Positions 21,525-29,156 of a DNA stretch of 29,156 bases are shown in pieces. The notes under the pieces are model-generated. The model had not been told where the DNA came from. It saw only the letters and a list, made by a program, of their open reading frames with translations, and ran no database searches. Position numbers and translations under genes: made by a program. Origin of the DNA: Gammaproteobacteria bacterium (GTDB lineage: Bacteria > Pseudomonadota > Gammaproteobacteria > CAIUAS01); contig JBEPVU010000001.1 of NCBI GenBank assembly GCA_041690855.1, positions 1-29,156 on the forward strand, written 5' to 3'. Positions within the stretch are counted from its first letter, which is position 1. Each line of letters starts with the position of its first letter.

Positions 21525-22538
21525 TTAACCTTCCATTGCCTGCGTATATTTCCCCTTGCACGCCGCTGAATTTAATTGAGCGCGTTTATAAAAAGCCTGT
21601 TGCGCTGCTTTAACATTTTCCAGTTTGCCTTGCCAGGTTTTTAAGCAGGTATCCTGTAAAGCGCGGCCATAAGAGAAGCTTAATAACCAGGGATTTTGCT
21701 TAGTGACGTTCATAGCGTTTAAGTGCGCTGTGGCGAGTTCTGAGCGTTGACCGCCGGACAAGAAATTAATAGTAGGCACGGCAGCGGGAACAGTACGGCG
21801 TAGAATTTTTACGGTAGCTTGCGCAACGGCTTCTGTGCTGGCTTGTGGACGATGATCAGCGCCGGTAATTACCATACCGGGTTTTAAAATCATGCCTTCT
21901 AAAATAACGCCGTATTTATTTAAAGCGCTAAAAACGGCTTGTAACGTTTTTTCGGTGGCTTCGGCGCAGCGTTCCAAGGTGTGATCGCCGTCCATTAATA
22001 ATTCAGGTTCTACGATAGGTACAATGCCTTGGTTCTGGCAAATCGCTGCATAGCGGGCAAGGGCTTGCGCATTGGCACGGATTGCCAGTGGGCTGGGTGT
22101 GCTGGCGGAGATGTTTAATACCGCGCGCCATTTTGCAAAACGCGCGCCCATTTCTTTGTAACTGGCTAAACGTTCGGCGAGGTTGTCTAATCCCTGGGTG
22201 ATGGTTTCATCCGGGGTGTTGGGTAAGTGGGTAATGCCTTTGTCGACTTTAATGCCGGGAACAATGCCTTTTTCAGCCAGTAATTCAGGAAATAATTTGC
22301 CATTGCCGGCGCGTTGGCCTAAGGTTTCTTCGTATAAAATAACGCCGTTGATAAATTCTTCAATGCCGGGTGTGGTGAATAATAATTCACGGTAGGCGCG
22401 GCGGGTTTCGGAAGTGGATTCTAGTTGGATGCTGGTGAAGCGTTTGGTGATGGTGGCGGTGCTTTCATCAGCGGCGAGAATACCTTTGCCGGAGACGGCG
22501 ATTTGTGCGATGGTGGCTTCGAGTTCGTGTCTAGACAT
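21525..22538 (-). CDS. fba: Class I fructose-bisphosphate aldolase (eukaryote-like glycolytic family)
   Basis: GKGILAADES, GIKVDKG, FAKWRAV, IVPIVEPE, Schiff-base Lys in ILKPGMV, FLSGGQ, FSYGRALQ. Confidence 0.95.
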   Translation of the reverse strand: MSRHELEATIAQIAVSGKGILAADESTATITKRFTSIQLESTSETRRAYRELLFTTPGIEEFINGVILYEETLGQRAGNGKLFPELLAEKGIVPGIKVDKGITHLPNTPDETITQGLDNLAERLASYKEMGARFAKWRAVLNISASTPSPLAIRANAQALARYAAICQNQGIVPIVEPELLMDGDHTLERCAEATEKTLQAVFSALNKYGVILEGMILKPGMVITGADHRPQASTEAVAQATVKILRRTVPAAVPTINFLSGGQRSELATAHLNAMNVTKQNPWLLSFSYGRALQDTCLKTWQGKLENVKAAQQAFYKRAQLNSAACKGKYTQAMEG

Positions 22539-22632
22539 TTTATAGCTCCCTTATTTTAGGTAATTAAATGGGCGACAGTATTCTATCTTCGTGGAGAAAT
22601 ATCAAGAGTGGTAGGATATACTGTGTTGAGTC

Positions 22633-22755
22633 TGTGCCGGTTCAGTCTGCCGGTTGTTCTTTGGTAAACACGCTGTGAATACATCCGTGTACGCTCGGCT
22701 GCCGCATCCATGCGGCAGACGGTTTACCAAAGAACAACCGGCAGACTGAACTAAA
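22633..22755 (+). repeat. 123-bp structured dispersed element, copy 1
   Basis: TGTGCCG, perfect 30-bp inverted arms (22640-69/22722-51) enclosing two CA-TCCN-TG hairpins, then TAAA. A same-length copy is at 28593. Confidence 0.92.
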
Positions 22756-22794
22756 TACTTTAGTTTTTGAAAAAGTATAAAGTGAAGGATTGTT

Positions 22795-23727
22795 ATGCAA
22801 TATAAAGATTATTACGCCATTATGGGGCTTAAGCGGGAGGCTGCGCCGGAGGAGATTAAGCAGGCTTATCGTAAGCTGGCGCGTAAGTATCATCCAGATG
22901 TGAGTAAGGAAAAAGATGCGGAGGAACGCTTTAAGGAAGTGAATGAGGCGTATGAGGTATTAAAAGATTCGGAAAAGCGTAAGCAGTATGATCAGTTGGG
23001 CGCCAACTGGCGGGCAGGCGAGGAATTCAGGGCGCCGCCGGATTGGCAGCAGCAGCATTGGGGCGGGCAGGGTGCGCGTTTTGAGACAGAAGATTTTGCA
23101 GGCGGAGATTTTAGTGACTTTTTTTCTTCGCTATTTGGTGGCAGGTTTCGGCAACAGGCACACTCGCATCAGGCGGGATTTAATCGGCGGGGTGAAGATT
23201 TGCAAAGTAAAATTACTATTTCATTAGAAGAAGCATATGCAGGTACAATGCGTGCTATTCAGTTAAGTGGCGGAGCCAAAGGCGCACGTGAGTTAAAAGT
23301 TAAAATTCCTGCGGGCGTTATACAGGGACAGCAGATTCGGTTAAGCGGACAAGGCAATCCTGGCATGGGTAAAGGCGAACCTGGCAATCTTTATCTGGAA
23401 ATTAATCTAAAGCCCCATCCTTTTCTACAGGCGGATAAAGCTGATATTTATTTAACGCTGCCTGTTACGCCGTGGGAAGCTGCTTTAGGCGCTACCGTGG
23501 CCGTCCCCACCTTAGGCAGCAAAGTGGATTTAAAAATTCCGGCCGGTTCACAATCAGGCCAGAAACTCCGCCTCAAAGGCCGTGGCTTACCGGCTAAAAC
23601 GCCAGGCGATCAATATATCACCCTGCAAGTCATGCTGCCGCCCGCCAATACACCCGCACAGCGTGAACTATACGAACAAATGGCGCAGCAAATGCCTTTT
23701 AACCCGCGTGAACGGCTAGGAGGCTAA
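22795..23727 (+). CDS. cbpA: DnaJ-class curved DNA-binding co-chaperone CbpA
   Basis: J domain with HPD, G/F region, no zinc finger, DnaJ C-terminal domain. Followed by cbpM. Confidence 0.88.
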   Translation: MQYKDYYAIMGLKREAAPEEIKQAYRKLARKYHPDVSKEKDAEERFKEVNEAYEVLKDSEKRKQYDQLGANWRAGEEFRAPPDWQQQHWGGQGARFETEDFAGGDFSDFFSSLFGGRFRQQAHSHQAGFNRRGEDLQSKITISLEEAYAGTMRAIQLSGGAKGARELKVKIPAGVIQGQQIRLSGQGNPGMGKGEPGNLYLEINLKPHPFLQADKADIYLTLPVTPWEAALGATVAVPTLGSKVDLKIPAGSQSGQKLRLKGRGLPAKTPGDQYITLQVMLPPANTPAQRELYEQMAQQMPFNPRERLGG

Positions 23728-23728
23728 A

Positions 23729-24046
23729 ATGAAAAAGCACGTGACGGAAATAGTAACGGGCATCATTGTTGACGAAACCACCACGTTTACCTTGCAGGAA
23801 GTCTGTTATACCTGCGACATCAACGTTGAAATAATCACAGAAATGGTAGAACACGGCCTGATCGAACCCCAAAAAGCCGATACGAGCGACTGGCAATTTG
23901 ACCCCCATGCCTTACGCCGCTTAAAAATAGCCTTACGTTTACAAAAAGACTTAGGCATCAACTTACCTGGCGCTGCACTGGCACTCGATTTACTTAACGA
24001 ATTACAAGAACTGCGCGACAAACTGGCTATTCTTGAAAATAATTAA
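23729..24046 (+). CDS. cbpM: Chaperone modulator CbpM (MerR-like)
   Basis: EMVEHGLIEP, WQF, RLQKDLGINLPGAALALDLL. 1 nt after the cbpA stop. Confidence 0.9.
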   Translation: MKKHVTEIVTGIIVDETTTFTLQEVCYTCDINVEIITEMVEHGLIEPQKADTSDWQFDPHALRRLKIALRLQKDLGINLPGAALALDLLNELQELRDKLAILENN

Positions 24047-24061
24047 ATAGCAAAAGTGATT

Positions 24062-24208
24062 TTCACCTCTCCCCCCGGGAGAGGTCGCCGCGTAGCGGCG
24101 GGTGAGGGAGCGCTTATCAGCATGAAATACATTCTTGAAGAAAGCGGTGTTAATTCCCCTCACCCGCCCAGGCTACGCCTGGTCGGCCTCTCCCGCTGGA
24201 GAGGCGAA
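24062..24208. repeat. REPIN-like inverted doublet (CCTCTCCC/GGGTGAGGG family)
   Basis: Left unit 24062-24108 and right unit 24157-24208 are inverted. Each has a CCTCTCC/GGAGAGG hairpin, a GTA-loop hairpin and CGGGTGAGGG. Confidence 0.88.
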
Positions 24209-24255
24209 GAAAAAGAGTGCTCGATTTTATTCATGAATAAAATTTTCATAAAAGA

Positions 24256-24285
24256 TTGACGAACTTTATCCCAAATCGCTATACT
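24256..24285 (+). promoter_or_regulatory. Sigma70 promoter of the atp operon
   Basis: TTGACG-N18-TATACT. The ORF-track TTG start at 24256 is the -35 box. Confidence 0.65.
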
Positions 24286-24303
24286 CACTTTGCCATAGCG
24301 AAT

Positions 24304-25493
<1,190 letters not shown>

Positions 25494-25525
25494 TCTAGTT
25501 AATTAAGCGATTAGTGAGTTGTTTT

Positions 25526-25558
25526 TATTATTCCTTCCCCCTTTCAGGGGGAAGAAAT
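25526..25558. repeat. CCTTCCCC/GGGGGAAG hairpin repeat, copy 2
   Basis: TATTATTCCTTCCCCTTTCAGGGGGAAGAAATA, similar to the element starting at 9417. Confidence 0.65.
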
Positions 25559-25585
25559 ATTGATAATTTATTATTAATACATTGA

Positions 25586-25903
<318 letters not shown>

Positions 25904-25929
25904 ATCTTTAAGTTAAGTAGAGTGAACTG

Positions 25930-26400
25930 ATGGAAATCAACATCACATTGTTAGGGCAGTTAATTACGTTTGCAATCCTGGTATGGGTCACTATGAAATA
26001 TGTGTGGCCGCAGATTACTAAAGTGATGCAGGAACGTGAACAGCGTATTGCCGATGGTCTGGCTGCCGGTGAACGTGGCGAGCATGAACTGGAATTAGCG
26101 CAACATAAAGCAACGGAAAAATTGCGTGACGCTAAAATTCATGCGGCTGAAATTCTGGATCAGGCCAATAAACGCGCTAATCAAATTATTGAAGAAGCTA
26201 AAGAACGCGCCCGTGAAGAAGGCAGTCGTTTATTAGTTATCGCGCGTGCCGATATCGAACAGGAAGTGCAGACGGCGCGGCAACATTTACGCCATGAGGT
26301 TGCTTCTTTAGCGATAACCAGTGCAGAAAAAATATTGGCACGTAGTATTGATGACAATGTCCAGCATGATTTAATTAATAAAATGCTGGCTGAAATTTAA
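25930..26400 (+). CDS. atpF: ATP synthase F0 subunit b
   Basis: INITLLGQLITFAILVWVTMKYVWP, REQRIADGL, coiled coil. Confidence 0.96.
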   Translation: MEINITLLGQLITFAILVWVTMKYVWPQITKVMQEREQRIADGLAAGERGEHELELAQHKATEKLRDAKIHAAEILDQANKRANQIIEEAKERAREEGSRLLVIARADIEQEVQTARQHLRHEVASLAITSAEKILARSIDDNVQHDLINKMLAEI

Positions 26401-26408
26401 GAGGGTCT

Positions 26409-26945
26409 ATGTCAAAGCAAACCGCAATAGCCCGTCCTTATGCAAAAGCGTTATTTGAAATAGCGTTGCAGCAAAGAACTATCAGCCTCTGGTCTGAATT
26501 ATTGCAATTGACAACTTTTATAATAAAGCAACCCGAAGTACAGGCATTATTAGACAGTCCGCATGTAACAGCACAACAGTGCGGTGATTTTTTATTAAAA
26601 ATCTGTCAACCGAAATTAACCAGCGAAAGTGAAAACTTTCTAAAATTATTAGCACAGCGGGATCGGCTCGCCATTATTCCAGAAATTACTGAGCTTTTTG
26701 CGGTATATCGGGCTGAGCAGGAAAAATTAGCGAAAGTGCGGATAACATCCGCTTTACCGCTCAATAAAGACGAGCAGGAAAATTTGGCGCGCAAACTAAA
26801 ACAACGTTTGCAGCGCGAAGTGGTATTGGAGTGCCGTGTAGACAGTAGTTTAATCGGCGGTTTAATTATTCAAGCGGATGATTTAGTCATCGATGGCTCC
26901 ATTCGCAGTAAATTAACGCGTTTACAAACGCAATTGTTAAGTTAG
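26409..26945 (+). CDS. atpH: ATP synthase F1 delta subunit
   Basis: IARPYAKALF, SLIGGLIIQADDLVIDGSIR. Confidence 0.96.
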   Translation: MSKQTAIARPYAKALFEIALQQRTISLWSELLQLTTFIIKQPEVQALLDSPHVTAQQCGDFLLKICQPKLTSESENFLKLLAQRDRLAIIPEITELFAVYRAEQEKLAKVRITSALPLNKDEQENLARKLKQRLQREVVLECRVDSSLIGGLIIQADDLVIDGSIRSKLTRLQTQLLS

Positions 26946-26970
26946 TTAATGATTGTTAAGTTAGTTAATG
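26933..26970 (+). repeat. Perfect 19-bp tandem duplication spanning the atpH stop
   Basis: ATTGTTAAGTTAGTTAATG at 26933-51 and 26952-70. Confidence 0.9.
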
Positions 26971-27003
26971 TAGGGTGGATTAGGCCGCAGGCCGTAATCC
27001 ACC
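26970..27003 (+). repeat. GTAG-tagged REP
   Basis: GTAG followed by the hairpin GGTGGATTA-GGCC-GCA-GGCC-G-TAATCCACC. Confidence 0.85.
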
Positions 27004-27032
27004 ATTTTTAATACCTAATTTTTAAAGAAGAA

Positions 27033-28592
27033 ATGTCTATGTCAACACAAATGCAAATCAGCCCGGCAGAAATCAGCGAGCTTATCAAGCAGCAGATTTT
27101 AAATTTCAGTGCGAAAGCCGAAACACGTACAGAAGGCACGATCGTTAATTTAAAAGACGGTATTGTGCGCATTCATGGTTTAGGCGATGTCATGTTAGGC
27201 GAAATGATTGAATTTCCTGGCGGCAGCTACGGCCTGGCTTTAAACCTTGAACGCGATTCCGTGGGCGCCGTTGTGTTAGGCCCTTATGATCATTTAACCG
27301 AAGGGCAAGTGGTTAAATGTACCGGCCGTATTCTGGAAGTACCTGTAGGTGAAGCTTTATTAGGCCGCGTGGTTAACGCCTTAGGTCAACCGATTGATGC
27401 TAAAGAACCTATCATGACGACTACCACTTCACCCGTGGAAAAAGTAGCGCCTGGCGTTATCTGGCGTCAATCTGTTTCACAACCGTTACAAACCGGCATT
27501 AAAGCCATTGATACCATGACGCCCGTTGGCCGCGGCCAGCGCGAATTAATTATCGGCGATCGGCAAACAGGTAAAACAGCGATTGCTATTGACGCCATTA
27601 TTAATCAGAAAAATACCGGCGTTAAATGTATTTATGTGGCCGTTGGCCAGAAAGCGTCTTCCATTGCAGCCATTGTTCACAAATTAGAAGAACATGATGC
27701 TATGAAGCACACCATTATCGTTGCCGCCAGCGCCGCCGATTCCGCTGCACTGCAATTTATTGCACCTTATGCAGGTTGTGCAATGGGCGAATATTTCCGC
27801 GATAAAGGTGAAGATGCTTTAATCATTTATGATGATTTAACCAAGCAAGCCTGGGCTTACCGGCAGATTTCACTATTATTGCGCCGTCCGCCAGGCCGCG
27901 AAGCGTATCCAGGCGATATTTTCTATTTACATTCCCGTTTATTGGAACGAGCTGCGCGTGTTGATGCAGAATATGTTGAAAAAGCAACGCAAGGCCGAGT
28001 AAAAGGCCGTACGGGTTCGTTGACTGCTTTACCGATTATTGAAACACAAGCCGGTGACGTATCCGCGTTTGTACCAACCAATGTTATTTCTATTACTGAT
28101 GGCCAGATCTTTCTGGAAACGGATTTATTTAATTCGGGTATTCGTCCTGCTATTAATGCAGGGTTGTCTGTATCGCGTGTGGGTGGTGCGGCGCAAACTA
28201 AAATCGTGAAGAAATTAGCGGGTGGTATTCGTATTGGTTTAGCGCAATACCGTGAATTAGCGGCGTTTTCACAATTTATGTCTGATTTAGATGAGACGAC
28301 CCGCAAACAATTAGAGCGTGGTCAGCGCACGACAGAAATTTTAAAGCAGAAACAATACGCGCCTATGAGTGTAGCGGAAATGGCGGTGAGTATGTTTGCC
28401 GTGGATCGGGGTTATCTGGATGATGTTGAATTAGGCAAAGTCATTCCGTTTGAGCATGAATTGCAATCTTACATGCGGGCGCATGAGCGTGATTTATTGA
28501 ATAAAATTAATGAGTCGGGCGATTATAATGATACGATTGCGGGTGAGTTGAGTGTGGCGATTGAGAAATTTAAAGCGACAAGTACTTGGTAG
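27033..28592 (+). CDS. atpA: ATP synthase F1 alpha subunit
   Basis: [42 protein letters not shown]. Start is 27033 or 27039. Confidence 0.98.
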   Translation: MSMSTQMQISPAEISELIKQQILNFSAKAETRTEGTIVNLKDGIVRIHGLGDVMLGEMIEFPGGSYGLALNLERDSVGAVVLGPYDHLTEGQVVKCTGRILEVPVGEALLGRVVNALGQPIDAKEPIMTTTTSPVEKVAPGVIWRQSVSQPLQTGIKAIDTMTPVGRGQRELIIGDRQTGKTAIAIDAIINQKNTGVKCIYVAVGQKASSIAAIVHKLEEHDAMKHTIIVAASAADSAALQFIAPYAGCAMGEYFRDKGEDALIIYDDLTKQAWAYRQISLLLRRPPGREAYPGDIFYLHSRLLERAARVDAEYVEKATQGRVKGRTGSLTALPIIETQAGDVSAFVPTNVISITDGQIFLETDLFNSGIRPAINAGLSVSRVGGAAQTKIVKKLAGGIRIGLAQYRELAAFSQFMSDLDETTRKQLERGQRTTEILKQKQYAPMSVAEMAVSMFAVDRGYLDDVELGKVIPFEHELQSYMRAHERDLLNKINESGDYNDTIAGELSVAIEKFKATSTW

Positions 28593-28715
28593 TGTGCCGG
28601 TTCGCCTGTCAGGTTGTCTTTTGGTAAACACGCCGTGAATACATCCCTGTAGGCTCGACTGCCGCATTCATGCGGCAGACGGTTTACCAAAAGACAACCT
28701 GACAGGCAAACTAAA
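28593..28715 (+). repeat. 123-bp structured dispersed element, copy 2
   Basis: TGTGCCG immediately after the atpA TAG, 29/30-bp inverted arms (28600-29/28682-711), the same twin inner hairpins, then TAAA. Confidence 0.92.
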
Positions 28716-28741
28716 GTTTAAGAATTGAAAGAGAGAGACGA

Positions 28742-29156
28742 ATGGCAGTAGCGAAAGAAATACGTACGAAAATCAGTAGTATTAAAAGCACGCAGAAGAT
28801 TACGCGGGCGATGGAGATGATTTCGGCGGGGAAAATGCGTAAGGCGCAGGATAGAATGGCGTTGTCGCGTCCGTATGCGACTAAAATCCGGCAGGTGATT
28901 AGCCATTTAGCCAGTGGACATTCGGAATATCGGCATCCGTATCTGGAAGTGCGTGAAAATAAACGCGCGGGTTTTATGCTGGTGACCTCTGATCGCGGGT
29001 TGTGCGGTGGATTGAATTCTAATTTATTGAAAACCGCATTGCTGGAAATGAAAACGCTGCGGCAGGCGGAAATAGAAATTGATTTGTGTTTGATTGGTAA
29101 TAAAGCGGAAGCTTTTTTTAAGCGGCATGGCGGCCATATATTGGCGGAAGCTAATC
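28742..29156 (+). CDS. atpG: ATP synthase F1 gamma subunit (5' part, runs off the window)
   Basis: Absent from the ORF track. My translation: [36 protein letters not shown]...[14 protein letters not shown]. Confidence 0.95.
   Translation, partial: MAVAKEIRTKISSIKSTQKITRAMEMISAGKMRKAQDRMALSRPYATKIRQVISHLASGHSEYRHPYLEVRENKRAGFMLVTSDRGLCGGLNSNLLKTALLEMKTLRQAEIEIDLCLIGNKAEAFFKRHGGHILAEAN

Noticed and set aside
22642-22893. 83-aa minus-strand ORF
   Set aside because: It reads through the palindromic element and overlaps cbpA antisense. The same element at 28593 does not conserve the frame context.
24056-24259. 67-aa plus-strand ORF
   Set aside because: It is a translation of the REPIN-like repeat with no protein motifs.

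Overview
About 29 kb of mostly core chromosome from a gammaproteobacterium, most likely Legionellales/Coxiellales-like (inferred from a CIRCE at groESL, a class I aldolase, a long atpE, and a PmrA-type box). Housekeeping genes: purB, a DAACS symporter, an acyl-CoA thioesterase, groESL, ubiE/ubiJ/ubiB, sppA, clpB, class I fba, cbpA-cbpM and atpIBEFHA plus partial atpG. Accessory genes sit singly between them: a DUF5397/vapD toxin-antitoxin pair, an MHYT-GGDEF cyclase splitting the ubi operon, an 844-aa eukaryotic-like kinase with a PmrA-type box (candidate Dot/Icm effector), and a secreted Asp-box beta-propeller. At least five types of palindromic repeat occupy the spacers. The most unusual signal is not a gene. 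Synonymous base composition swings strongly and strand-specifically over about 0.5-1 kb. G/T-rich halos on the + strand centre on both copies of a 123-bp covarying hairpin element, a third halo has no element, and opposite C/A-rich zones abut a REPIN-like repeat and the TA module. All counts are by hand and approximate.
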